Assembly (NCBI GenBank): GCA_044892505.1
Contig: CM097882.1
Span: forward strand, 394,382,001-394,446,000
Reading direction: 5' to 3'
DNA: 64,000 nucleotides
From: Schmidtea nova
Lineage: Eukaryota
Of this stretch, positions 36,050-50,140 are shown piece after piece. Each line of letters begins with the position of its first letter. Positions within the stretch are counted from its first letter, which is position 1. The position numbers and the translations under genes were made by a program. A model generated the notes under the pieces. The model was not told where the DNA came from and did no database searches. It saw only the letters and a program-made list of their open reading frames with translations.

Positions 36050-37872
36050 TAAATATTTCGAAATTTAAAGAAATATTAACACAATATATCCAAATTTTTA
36101 TTACTTAATTCAACTTTTAGAGTACAACATTACGTTTTTAGTCGAATATCAGTTATTTTTTGATATTAATTTTTTATTATTATTATTATTATTATTATTG
36201 ATACCAAATAATTAAAGTCATAAACTCTATAATCAATAAATTATGTAATAAGTAACAAAATAAGTCTTTTCTGAAAAAACAATTTTATTAAGTTAGAAAA
36301 TTTTCGATTATATAATATACCTCGTCAATCTCATTCGGCAAATAACTGGTATCTATATTCATTTCTGCTGTTTCTTTCTCGTGAATTATCTTCTTTTTCA
36401 TTGGATGTTAATCTGATTAATATAAATTTTAAATTCTTAATTGTTTTTTAAATGTTTTTTTATTAAAAATTTTAAAATATAAAATAAAAACTATAATAAC
36501 TAAAATTTTTAATAGATTATAGATGTGATTTATTAATAAATTAAAATTATCCTTGTATTTATATTATATATTTTTAGCAATTTTTTGTTAATTATGTTTT
36601 TATGAAAATTTTATTAAAGTGGTAATTTATGACATTTTTAATGTTGTACTTAACATATTTTAAGTAAATATTTATTAGTAAATAAATCATACAGGATTAG
36701 AGTAAATTATAAAAAATAAGAAAAAATCATTTTTTGTTTTTTGCTAGTGGAGCACTTTTAAAAAAATATAATTAAGATATAATTCTTGATCTATGAGAGA
36801 TATAATTTAAATGGTGTCACTACGTCACATGCTTTTTTCACAGGTTACAGTTATTTATCATATATTCTTTAAAGTTCATATATAGTTTTATGAAAATGTT
36901 TAATTCTTTGTTTCTGCAAAATTTGCAAATTTTATCCATTTCCAATGTGTTTGACTTTTATCTTATATTTCTAATTCAAAAATTAGACTCTTTTATCCTT
37001 TTCCTACTAGCATATATTTCTTATGTAATAAGTCGTGCGTTCTTTTGAAATAGTTTATTTTATAACGTTATGTGGCTCTAGTAGATCAGGATACATGTAA
37101 CAGATTAGGGACTTGCAAGGATGCATCTCATATGATGTACAGAGCGTACCCAGAAACATTTATTATCCGCGTGCTTTAGGCATTTTTCTTATTTAAAACT
37201 GCAGTAAGTGTTTATCACATGCGATGCACAAGCATATATTAAATATGCCATAAATGTGCAATTGTGATACACAGAACAGGCAACGAGTTAAACTTTTAAA
37301 TGCAGTATTTTATTAACAAAATTTTTGCGTTGCCTAAAGTTTTATTTCAACGCTAGTCAAAGAGATGCAACGAAATCCTAAAAATAATTCTTGAAATTTT
37401 ATTAGGATGTTCTCGTTGACTTAATTTTTTAATATTTGTTATAAAAGTTTGTATATTCATAAATATTATTATAATTAGAAGTTTTCTCGAAATATTTTTT
37501 TTATATATGGAGGTTTATTTTTAAACGATTTTACGTCTTTTTTTCTGAAAATGGGCTGCAGAGTATAAATATTGAGAAACACTTCATTAAAATGTTTATT
37601 TTTACTAGTTTCTCATTTGCTGTAGCTCTTTTGTAAAGAACATTCTGAATATGTTACTATTTTTTAGATCGAAATCTTTATAATAAAACACATTTTCGGC
37701 ACTTCATTGAAAAGATAGTGTCGAATATTTGTGTTAAATTGAAAATATTTTGATTTTTAGTCATTTGATTTTTAGAATAAAAATAAACTAATCGAAAATA
37801 AGATATTAAAAGTCGAGAAGATTACAAATTTTATTGATAATATTAGATTTTTTCAAATTATTTTGAATTTAG

Positions 37873-38152
37873 GATTTCATTTTCAGTCGAATACGTCTGC
37901 TTAACCCTTTCAAAAGTTGGTTTATTGGTTTACGAAGACTACTATATTCCGAATGGCATTATTATTGGGGTAAATATGCCAAATTCAAATATTGGCTAAA
38001 TAATGTTGAACCTCAAAATACTGGCCAAACCCCTTTGTGTGCTGTTATTGGTAAATATGAAAACGATACATGGGATGCTGTCAAGTGTATGGAAACACAT
38101 CCATTCATATGCCAATATACAGAATCTCCAAATGATCAGTTTTCTAGCGATT
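37873..38152 (+). CDS. Exon: C-terminal half of a C-type lectin domain (not in ORF track)
   Basis: TTTAG acceptor, phase 0. DFIFSRIRLLNPFKSWFIGLRR...W..YAKFKYWLNNVEPQNTGQTPLCAVIGKYENDTWDAVKCMETHPFICQY contains the WIGL, EP, C..W.D..C..FIC signature. Phase-1 GTAAAC donor. Confidence 0.88.
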
Positions 38153-38349
38153 GTAAACAATTTTCTAAAATTCTTTACTAATTTTAACTTATTTTCAATT
38201 ATTCTTATAAAATCAACCCTGTTACTCATTTTTCAAGAGTTATATTTGTATTTATTAAGCGTATTATACATCCATTACTAAAAGGCAAATGGATGAATCA
38301 TGAGATTTATTTAACGCACAATTATTTATAGCTTAAAGAAGAACTAGAC

Positions 38350-41300
38350 GTAATATTTAATGAAACATTACCATGTTATTAACCTATGATGCAATAGAAT
38401 ATCACAAGAATCTGCACCATTCCACGCCCTTGTGATCTTAGGATCAATTTTAAAGTCTTTCATCCATTCTGGTGGTCGGCGCTCTCTTCTCGTTCATGGC
38501 GAAAATACATTAATAAATTTTGGATCATCACGGTTCCTGTCGCCTATCAGTTATGTTCGTTCAGTAATATCATCTCAGTTGGAGAACTTTCAAAGATGAC
38601 TGGCGTGTCTCGGAGTGCCATCGACTTCCACGTTGGTTAAAGAATTAATTTCGTTGACTGTGCCAACGGCCCAGCGTATGTTTCATTTTCTATTCGGCGG
38701 CTTGACGAATACGAAATTTCCGACAGCAAATTGATTTTAATCGTAACTGTCGCGTCTATCAAATTTGTCTTTGCTTCCCAGAAACTTCGGGCACCTCAAC
38801 GTTCGATCAAAATGCATCTTTGTAGGTACTGTATTATCGTCCAAGCCTGAATGAGGAGTGATATTATAAATGAAAACCGCTTTTAGTGGGTCACAGTCTG
38901 ATCTCGCAACTATGCGATTGATAGTTCTGTGGTTTCTTTCTGCAATGCCATTCCCTTCAGGTCTGTAGGCGCAACGAAATTTTAGATTTACGTCCCACAT
39001 AATTGCAAACCATTTGAATTCTGCAGATCGAAAGTTCGTCACGTTATCCGTCAGAATTTCTTTCACTTAACCCTTTTCCAGAAACACAGTATCCAGTGCA
39101 TTGATAATAGAAACCGAATCGTCATTAGAGATTTTCTTACAGATGAAAATTCTGCTAGGCCCGCAATCTACAATTGAAAGAAAATAATCGGCGTTCATAT
39201 GAGTTACGTCAACAGCAATTCTGGTTCATTATTCATTCATGTTCTATGTACCTTTCTCCAAGGTTATTGGGCCGGATCAAACATCTTAAACTTATTACGT
39301 GAATCGATAACTTCCTTAACAATATTGTAGCTAATCTTTGGATCATACTTCTTGGCTAAGTAAAGCTTTCGATTAATGCCCTTGTGATGCTTCCCATGAA
39401 TTTTTGACACTAAAGATAGAGAAGCACCAGCAATGATTGGGGAGTAATATTTCATCCAAGGTTTGGGTACTCGCGTCAGAGTGTCAGCTACGTTTTCTTT
39501 TTATTTCACCAGTTCGTGGATATTTCTAGTCAGAGCTCGTCTTCTAACTGGTTGATCATACCAAGTTGCCTTTAAACAACATCTCTGGCTACTGCTGATA
39601 TTCGCTTTCCTCTTTCCCGACAGAATGTTGTTAACCCATTTGAAGACTGTGGACGAATCCGTTACGATGGTTAATCTTTCAACGCCCTATCTAACAGCAA
39701 GATTAATACCACGCAAAACGGCCTCTAGTTCTATGACAATAATGTGCAAATAATCGTCCTTTCGAAATCACGAGGCATCTTCAACAATGTTTCTGTTGTT
39801 TTCTAAACAGATCCCCAGTACCGGAATTTTGGTCTTATGTCCAAATGAGTATAGCAGTTCCACGACTGCCTTCGGATTCATCTTTGATGAGTCCACTGCT
39901 ATATCGTCGATATAGCTGAATGTGGAATCTCGGATGTCGGCATTAGAAGAAAGCACCTTTTGCACGATCCTTTACATTATCCTCTGAGCGCAGTTTAAAC
40001 CAAATCCTAAGCGAGTTAAACAGTAAGTCTTTTCTGCGTATCGAACTACTTGATATTGCCACAGGTTCTTTTCAATGTGAATCTGCAAGTAAGCATTACG
40101 CAAATCAAGAAGAACTACTTCTTCTCCCATTCGACGCCACTGACGCATAGTCTCTGAGCAAACGTCACTATCTCCAGTATGACATTCCACCCACTCGTTT
40201 AGCTCTCGGAAATCCATTACCGGCCAAAATTTTTGTTTATTAACTTACTCAACTGCTAACAAAAGTATGACTCTGTCATGTGGTCCATGATATTCTTGAA
40301 AGCAGCCGTTTGAAATCGGCTGCTGAACCTCTTGTCAAATGTTTTCTTCACATATTCTTTCAAATGGTATATCCCGCGTTAATTTCTCAACGTTGGTGAC
40401 CCTCCAGACCACTTTCACTGTACTGTCCATTTTTCCCCATCAAAATTGGCTTCCAAATCATCGTCGTCGATGCGGTCAGTAAGTCACAATGGCACCACCA
40501 ACGATACTGGGTTCCCGAAAGTAGCTTTATTTCAATCGATGTATAGGCCGACCATTCGAACAATTGCATCCATTCCTAAAATAAGATCAATGCCCATTGG
40601 CAACTCATCCACCACCAGACACGATAAAGCAATTGAAGAGCCTTGAATTGTGAGATCTACTGGAGAGGACTCTCGACATTCTAATTTTCGATCATCAACA
40701 GTAATGATACATTTACTAGACAGATAGTTTCCATTGAACCGATCTTTTCTTTGAATCCACTGAGAACTGCCTGAATCTACCAAAGCAATGCCGTGTTTTC
40801 CATGGATCCATACATTAATCATCCTGATCCTTAAAACCTTGTTGTTTTGAGTGAAACTGCCGGCGCTTAATGCTTCCCCAAGAAGTTTTCTGGCCACCGA
40901 CATTCCCTGGCGAAATGGACTTCTTCACCACATATGAAACATTAAAATTTGAATTTCTTTTTTGATACAATAGCGCTCATAGCTTCTTTTTTCGAGTTTT
41001 AAGCTTCTCTGGGCATTTCACCCTCCAGTAGTATTCGAGCTTTTTCTATTAAAGGCTCCTTACTGTCCATCCCCGTAATTTGCCATGCCTTCGATACTGC
41101 GGCTGTGAGACCAACAACGAAAGCCTCGACGATTCATTCATTGCCCGATCTTTTTAATTTCCCGACTCGTTTTAAAGAGCCAAAATATGAATCCACTGTT
41201 TTGCCTGATTGCCATTTCCTCAATTTAAATGTTTTGAATGCAGTGAACAGGCTTAAACCGAAACCTTCACCAAAGTGGCCTTCGAGTCCGAGTAGCTGCT

Positions 41301-41621
41301 CTTTGCGAGATCTGTCTGATGGCGCCATATGTCTATAGCTCCTTCTTGTAAACGCAGGGGGAGTAGCTCACCCATATGTGGGAAGGCGCCTAGTATTTGA
41401 CTCTTCAATTCAAACTCCTCCGTCTACTTCACAACATCTCCTTCTCCCGAATACCTAGGAAAGATCTCAATATTTTTCAATATAGCCACGATAGCTTACT
41501 CGTCCATTTCTAAAAGACAAATGGAAGAATCATGACTGCAAAGTAATATTTAATGAAACATTACGCTGCCATTAACCTATGATGCAATAGGTCATGACGC
41601 ACAAGAATCTGCATCATTACA
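38350..41621 (-). mobile_element. Compact gypsy-like LTR retrotransposon (E3), same superfamily as E1, decayed
   Basis: ~75-bp direct repeats at 38350-38424 and 41543-41621. PR (LVDSGSS), RT (YCLTRLGFGLNCA, YIDD), IN (GNGIAERNHRTI). Confidence 0.85.
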
Positions 41622-44600
41622 CGTATATATTAAAACGTAGGATAATTATCACATACCCCGTGATGTCAACATCATCGTCAAGCGCGTCGTCGCCGAGAAT
41701 ATAATCTTGTATGTACGCTGGTACGTATCGGTTTCTTTGTTGCCGATCGGTTGACATTTCAGTCCTAGGTTGACCATTATTTTCAATAGTTCGCTCTTCT
41801 CCCGTCGTGTCAGTTGGCTCAACCTGTCTGATGGTGGAAGTGTCTGACTCGGGGACACTGACCTGGGGACACCATCCACCTCGATATTCGTGGACGAGTG
41901 AACGTTTGTGACGGTACCCTGCTTCCAAACACTTGTACATCTTACATTCGGCGGCTTACAGAATACTTTGTCTTCTCTAGCATACCGACTCAGAATTTCG
42001 TCATTTCCGATTTCTACTTTTTGTATATCCTTCCAGTCGTATGTAAATAGTTCTCGCGAAGTCTATTCAAAATCACCAGTGGAGCTCATGCAGAACCAGT
42101 AAACCATGTCAAGGGGATCCTATTCCGTCTGGGTCGCCATTCTCTTCACGATCCTGTGGTTCCTCTCAACAATTCCGTTTCCCGATTGTCGGTAAGCGCA
42201 TTGAAAAATACGGTCAACGCCCCACTTTGCACATAATTCCTCTAATTGACGAGACTTAAATGAACTGCCATTATCCATGAGCAACTGGCACGGAGTTCCG
42301 CGTTCTCTGAATATTTGTTCACAGATTTTAGTAATGGTCACAGCATCCTCGTTCAAATCTCTCTCCATATTGCGAATCTACTCGGTCCGCAGTCGATACA
42401 CGTCAAATAACGCTTTTTCCGGTAGTTAGTCACGTCTAACGCCAATCTGATCCAATTACACTTCATCGCCAAATTTCCACTTTTCCATCTTACAGGTGCC
42501 AGATCTATCGTTCGACACTTAATACAGTTTGATGTCACACCTTGTACCGCTCCACGAGATAGGTTAGGAATCAACCGAAGTGATGCGCCTCATGGCACTT
42601 CCTTATTCTGTCGGATATCGATATAGTAGAATAACTTACTTGTTTAACCCATGTAAGCCAAGCTTTCTTAACTCTAGTTAAAACGTCTGCCTTGCTTTAC
42701 TCGGTCGGGACAAACTCCACGGCTCTCTTCAAGTTGTATGCCAGTTGGAGTTCGTGAAAAATTTGTAGACGTCTAAGAATTAGCATTTCAGAAGATCCGT
42801 GAGTTTTCCTCGATGACTATATGTCAGCAATGACCCCAGCTAACTTTGGACCGTCGCAGAATTTGATTTCGCGATTATCGACGACAGATCCCACTTAATC
42901 GCGATGTTAATTCCTTTAATTACAGCAGCGAGTTCAGCCACGTTTTTTATGTGCTGCGTCGTCTGTCTTTCTCAGCTAAGCGGCATCCTTCACGATCTCT
43001 CCGTTGATTTCGAGACAAACTCCAAGAGCCAGATTGCTTGCATCACACCATACAACTCCATCTTTTGTCGGTGAAACATGCCAAACTCCACGATTTGGAT
43101 CATCTTTCTTAACGAGTTCGATAATTTCAGCTATTATCATGGAAACATAATCATGGAAACATTATCATGGAAACATAAACATGTACTCTGACACTTAGCA
43201 TAACTACATGAAATACGCAACCAGCCAGCAACCGGGTAGTGACCGACCAGCTGGCCGCACAAGGAAAACAGCTCTCTCCTCGACATCGCTTCGTATGGTC
43301 TCATCTCATTGATTACTTTTCCTCTCCTCCAATATCTGCTTTCCTTGCATCTAGAAATCTGTAATCCCAAAACTTTATATGTATCGAATTTTTCCGGAGT
43401 TTAAATGCTAGTCCGTATCTTGCCAGATGACGCACAACTTCGTCTAATTGTACTTTTGACGTATTGACAATGATATCGTCAATATAACTGTCGGTTGCCT
43501 CTTTAATGTCATTGCGTAATCCTAACACTCTTCGCACTATGGCAGACATTATTTTCAGTGCTTCATTGAGGCCGAAACCCATTCTTGTTAAAGCATAAAT
43601 GATTCCTTTAAACCCGACTTTTTGAAAATCCCACAAATCGGGATTTACATGTATTTGTAGATAGGCTTTCCTCAGATTGAGCATCTCGACTTTCTCCCCG
43701 AATCTTCGCCAACGCCGTAAAGATTCGTCGCAAGCTTCACTTTGACCCAAGTGGCTCGTTACATATTTATTCAGTTCGTGATAGTCGAGTTCTGATCGTA
43801 TTTTTCATTGGTTAGACTGATTAACTGCCATTAATGGCAGTATACCATCAGAGTTTCCTTGATAAGCCGTTATATAACTGTTCCTAATCCATTCTGTGAT
43901 TTCCGCGTCAAATCCCTTGCATAGCCTTGGCTTAAGTCCATAGTTGGCACATGTATTACCAAGTTCAGGAGGTTGATTTTTCCATTTCCAGCTCACTGTC
44001 CAATTGCCGGAAAGGAAATCGACTTGAAAGTCTTCATCTCTAATTTCCAGAGACTCGGTATGTCGTTCGTCTGCTCTCAAGAAATCAGACTTTCTCACCA
44101 CAGCGCTGGCCAAAGGAAACGACACTCTTTGCCTTGATATATTCACCCCGCCGAGCATTCCTATAACATCCATTCCTAAAATTACACTAAAATCTCTTGG
44201 AAAGTTTTTCATCACCAGACAGACCACTCGCAGATTTGTCATTCTAATAACAATGTTAACCTCGACGGTTCCAAACCTCTTGGTAAATGATCCATCAGCC
44301 ACCAGCACACTCTCGCTCTTCCCATATGGTCCGCTGTCCAACAAGGACAAAATAATAGATTGGATACAACCTGAATCTATTAAAACTTTGGAAGTCTTTC
44401 CGTTGACAATTACAACGACAGTCTGCAGTGCCATTATTGCTTTTCCGGAGTGAACACTGGCGCATGTATTACTCCGATAGCGTTTCCCGCCTGTTTCTTT
44501 GGGCACGATCGTGCGAGGTGGGCTTTATCATCACATATCCAACATTGTTTGTTTTTTCGGTAACATGTATCTTCATTGTGCCCTTTCATTCCACAAAACG

Positions 44601-45206
44601 AACACATTTGGTCATTAGGATTGACAATTCTTCTTTCTTTTACTTCCAGCATACAACTTTGCTGAGAAACTGCATTACTCAACATAGCTCGAGCTATCTG
44701 TACGACCGCATCCATTGCCATTGTTTCAATGTTCGAAATAGCCTGTAGTAACTGTGATATAGACGCTGAAAGTCCAGTAACGAACGAACATCTATTAACG
44801 GCATCATTGACCCCAGATAACTTAGCTAGAGATGTTAGATCGGCCAGATAAACATCGACAGGCTCGTTGGTCCATGATCGATTCTTCAATTTCTCAAAGG
44901 CAAGAAACATCGACATAGAGAAGGCTCTCTTCATTGCTGCTTCGGTCTTGATAAAACTTCCTCTGACTTCATCGCTGAGAAGTTGATACACCGCATATGC
45001 GTCTCCTTTCATCAGTATCGGCAGAAATATCTCTAGTTTCTCAATCTTTTGCATGAGAGCTATCGTTCTTACTTGGGAGAACCGTATCGTCACGTTACCC
45101 GTTCCAGCAAATTTTTCAATATTTTTAATAACTTCCATGAATTTTAGCTTGTAGTCGAACGCACAAGATAACTTTATTTAAACAAACATAATAATCAATT
45201 ATCACA
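41622..45206 (-). mobile_element. Compact gypsy-like LTR retrotransposon (E4)
   Basis: Intact 234-aa gag with two CCHC knuckles (44434-45138), PR (LIDSGC), RT (LTRMGFGLNEALKIM, YIDD), RH and IN (GNGIVERNHR). 57-bp 5' LTR at 45150-45206 whose TGTGATAATT start recurs at 41653. Confidence 0.88.
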
Positions 45207-45391
45207 CTATGTCGTAAACTATATGATTAAATTATGTAATTATTGGTATTTTATTTGGTAAATTTAATAGATAATTTTTAAGTTATTAAAATAATTCATT
45301 TGAAATAAAAAATAATTTAGGTGATTATTATAATTTAATTTTTATTATCACTTACATGAATATTACCATAAACTTTATTAAATTTTACCCT

Positions 45392-45449
<58 letters not shown>

Positions 45450-46016
45450 GTATAAATGTATGATATTATATTAATTTATAATAATTTAATGATTTTTTGG
45501 GGTACTAAGATGTATTTATTTGTAAAAGGGAAAATAAGTGATTGTATGCCAACTTTAAAATTTGTTGATAATTTATAGAATTTTAAAAATATTTTAGGGA
45601 AATTAATTACATGCATTTTAGGGAGATAAATTGAAATTGTTAATATTTTAGACTCATTGTGTAAAATTATAATCATTTTAACAGGAATTTTATAAGATAT
45701 TAAAAATGATATTGATTGAGCAAGATGAAAATTTTGAGTTTTCTGATAGAAAATGATTTATACTATAAGGAAGTATGAAGATTTAAGAAAATTTTAATGA
45801 AAAATTTTTAATGAAAATTTTAAAAATTAACTTTAAGATTGATTTTTAAAATATAAAAATATTTTTAATTAGAAAAATATTTTTTTGAAAATTTGTTTAA
45901 ATAACAAATTATTGAGAAAAGAATATTTTGATAATTATATTTTTCTGAAATAAAAGTTATGGATTCAAATTGTTGTAAAACTGATTCTAATGTTTTAAAG
46001 GATTAAAATCCTAATA

Positions 46017-49000
46017 TGGTGGCAGCGGTAAACACTGACGCAATCACCGAAAGATTGCTACCAAAGGTGTTATGCTAAGGTAACGACTTTAAAAAGTTTA
46101 TTAAAAGATGCGAAATTTATTTCGATGCCAAGGGAATCACGCAGAAAAGAGATCAGGAAAGATTAACATCTTGCATGATTGATGAGGAGCTCTTGGAAGT
46201 GTATGCCAAAACACTGAAAAAAACAGAAGGATTCCAGGCTAGGTAGCGATTAGCATTCGATCGCGAAAGAGATGTATTAAAGGATCTGCCAAGCTTGTTG
46301 AATTACAAGCGGAAGGGTGAAGAAACAGAAATATATTTTAAGAAGGCGGAGGACCTTGTTGATAGGTTGTTTGAAAATAAAGAATTTACCAAAGAGAAAT
46401 TAACAGCAAAGATGTTGATAGTATGTGCTGAGAATAAAGAAGTTGAGAAAGAAGTAATACTACAGAAGATAAAAAGCACAGAAGAAATAAAGGAAACACT
46501 AATTCTTATGGATAAAGTGGACAAGCAAAGAGATCAGATAAACGTTATGAAAAGTTACGCCAGAGTGGTCTATCAGGAGCCACAGAGAAGAGTACAGTAC
46601 AAGCAGAAAGAACAGAGAGAAGAAAGTATTCGAAGAGAAAGACCAGAATGCTGGTTATGCCACAAAGTAGGACACGCGAAAATTGATTGTCCAATAAAAG
46701 GTAAAATAGAGTGCTGGACATGTCATAGAAACGGACATATAATTAGAAAAAAATCCAGATAAAAAGCTCCAAGATGTGTTGGTTGTGAGAAAGAAGGTCG
46801 AAGTATTTATGATAGATAAGTGGGATATCGGCAAAACCAATCTATTGAAACATGACATCAAGACTGTTGAGGGACCAATCCATTTTCACCCAAGAAGACA
46901 ACCAGCCCACCTAGAAGAAAAGATTGAAGAAGCTAATAAAAATTTGGAAGAATACGGCATAATTAGGAAGTGTGACTCACCGTGGAATACGCCGTTAGTA
47001 TGTGTTTGGAAGATGGAAAAATGATATTCGATTGTGTTTAGATTTTAGAAGTCTAAATAAAATGACGGAAAGGCAAATTTTCCCAATGCCTAATATTGAA
47101 CAGATGTTAGATTCATTAAACGGATCAATGTACTTTAGCACCATTGATCTAGGAAGCGCGTATTATCAGGTTGAATTGACAATAAATTCGCAAGTAAAGA
47201 CTGCGTTCTCAACAAGATCGGACAGTAATGTTTTAATAGGATGCCTTTCGGAATTGCAGCAGCTCTAGCTACGTTCCAAAAATTAATGAATATGGTTTTA
47301 GGAAAATTATTATGGAAAATTTCGATAGTATATTTAGATGATATTTTAATATTCTCAAAAGACAAAGAAGATCATATAACAAGAATAAATGAAGTATTAG
47401 AAAAAATAAGAAGCAGGTTTAAAAATAAATCCTGAAAAATGTAAATCTTTGGTGAAGGAGACTAAATTTATTGGTCACATTATAAATGGTGAAGGTGTTA
47501 AAGTTGATGAAGCTAAAATCGAAGCAATAAAAGGGTTTCAAAGACCAAAATGTTTAAAACAATTAAGGAGTTTCTTAGGACTATGTAATTATTACAGAAA
47601 ATTTATAAAGAATTATTCAAAATTTGCACAAATATTAGAATCGATGTGTGGAAACAATAAAGACAAATTAGTTTGGTCACAAGAATGTGAAGAAAGTTTT
47701 GAGGAATTGAAGAAAGCATTAGCAACTACACCTGTTCTAATATATCCTGATTATAAGAAAGAATTTATTCTGGATACAGATGCTAGTTTCGACACCATAG
47801 GAGCTGTTCTGTCACAAATTGATGATTTAGGTAATGAACTTGTTATTGCCTATGGTTCACATACGATGAGTAAACATGAAATAGGATACTGTATCACGAG
47901 AAAGGAACTTCTAGCAATTTATTACTTTGCACAGCATTTTAAGAAGTATCTTTACGTTATAGAGAGATAAATGTGGGAGATGTACTCAGTGTATGGAAAT
48001 TCATGAAGATCCAAAAACAGAAAAAGTAAAAACCAGATTGTTGGCAATGACAGCTACTAAACAAGGATTTCAATGGCAAAAAGGTAATGAAGAGATAGAA
48101 CTTATGAGAAAACAATTAATAAAAATGAGACTAAAAGTTTTAAAATCGACGAAGATTTAATTTTAACAAGAGAAAATAAAATTTGGATTCCAAAAGAAAA
48201 TAGAATTGAATTTGTGAAAAGCAGGCACAAAATGTTGTGTTACGCTGGGTGTAAGAAGGTAATCGATTATATTAAAGTTAATAACGATATGGAAGAATTA
48301 AATACAATTGCGACTCAATATATACAAAGTTGTGAAATATGCCAGAAAAGAAAAACTTTGACAACAAAAACAAAAGAAATAATTGTAAAAACAGAAGTTG
48401 TGGAACCTTTTGAAGTTAAAGCGATAGATTTTGGTGGACCTTTACAGGCGAACATTCATGGGAAAAAATATATTTTTGGAATTATTGACATGTGTAGTCG
48501 ATACATTTTGTTAACAGCAGTTGCAAAACAAGATGAAAAAACTACAGCGGATACTATTATGAAATTCTGGATATTAAAATATGGGGCACCTAGAATTATT
48601 CAAGTTGATTGTGGCAAAAAATTTGAGTCTAACTTGATAAAAGAGTTGACAAAAAATCACATATACAGCTACAATTTTGGAGCCCTTATCATTATCATAC
48701 TAATGGTTTGATTGAAAGACAATTTCGAACAATACGAGATTTTATCAGAACGTCATTAAAAGACAAAATTAAGAGGAATAGGGTTGAAGTATTACCTGAA
48801 ATTGAATTTACTTTAAATGCAACTATTCAAAGCACAATTGGAAAGAGTCCCTCAGAAGCAGTATTTGGTTTCCGGATATCTAGAGAATGGAACAATAATA
48901 ATAGAAGATACAACGATAGAAGTAAAATAGTGGACGAAATACAATCAAAACAAAGAAATTTAAGTTATAAAAATGAGAACCGGATACACCGAAAATGTGA

Positions 49001-49404
49001 TATAAATGAAGAAGTTTTGGTTAAAGTAGATGTGAGAAAAAAAGAGGAAGACCGATATATCGGACCTTTTACGGTTGTTAAAAAGATACATGAGAATAGC
49101 TATGAATTACGAGACAGAAATGGAAAAATGATGGTCCGCAACGTTGAATGGCTCAAACCTTTTAAACAGGGGGATGTTAGAGATATTTAATTAACTAATT
49201 TATAAATAACATATATTGCATTATAAGTAATCAATTTTATTATATAGTCAAATTATTATAAGTATAAATGCTGGCACGCATAATTGTCGTTATTATTTAA
49301 TTGATTAATTCGCCATTTTAAATTTGTTCGAATAAGACAAATTATTACGGAAGCAGTTTTTATTTGAATATAATTTAACAACAACAAATCTTTAATTATT
49401 AACA
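46017..49404 (+). mobile_element. Ty3/gypsy LTR retrotransposon (family A, copy 2) with internal deletions
   Basis: PBS TGGTGGCAGCGG (tRNA-Leu type) at 46017. gag with two CCHC knuckles, RT (MPFGI, YLDD), RH (LDTDAS) and IN. PPT AGGGGGA, then 3' LTR TGTTA...TAACA at 49175-49404. Protease is largely deleted. Confidence 0.9.
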
Positions 49405-50140
49405 GGACATACTCTAGATATGTGATTGGTGCCGTTACAAGACCAACACCTTGTATCTAACTTCTTAAAACAACGTTCAGCTACGTGGCCAATCTTATCG
49501 CAATGAGTACGACGTTTAACTTTGTTATATGTGACGTTGACACATTCAATGTCTTAAACTCTAGTATTCATCATTGCCCGTGTCATCTGAACAATATCCT
49601 CCATTAGCATAGTATAAATCTTTGGAGAACCCTGCAACAATCTCGACACGTCTTTAGGTAGTCCTACGACAAAGCGTTCCTAACGGAGTTCTCACTCACT
49701 CTTGCAAGCTTTGCATGAAATCTAAGATCGGCCAAAAATACATCCACTGATCCTCCAGTCCATCTACGATTTCTAATTTTTTCGTATGATAAAAACATAC
49801 TTGGTAAAAAAGCTTTTTCCAATGCATCCACAGTTGCTGCAAAACTAGCCTTGTCCTTTTCTGATAAATGTTCGTAGACGGCATATGCATCGCTTTTCAA
49901 AAGAATATGCATAAAAACTTCTATATAGTTTCTATCTTCAACATCTTTACAATTGATTTGAGTTGAGCAAACCAGCTTGTAACATTGCCGGTTCCATCGA
50001 AATTTTCCAAAAATTTCATAATTTCCATCGCGATAGCTTGTCACAAAAATGAATAATAAGACGAAAGAGTTTGATAATTTTAAAAATTTATTTCATCACA
50101 TCACTTGCATATTAAAACAAAATTGACTTATATTTAAGCA
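49405..50140 (-). mobile_element. 5' fragment (LTR + gag) of the E1 subfamily (E5)
   Basis: Close sequence match to 26190-26925. LTR at 50039-50140, followed by AGCTATCGCG and ATG. Confidence 0.9.

Noticed and set aside
37563-37760. TATA box plus signal-peptide-like MFIFTSFSFAVALL as a gene start
   Set aside because: No splice phase gives a continuous frame, and it lies within the intron that joins the two lectin half-exons.
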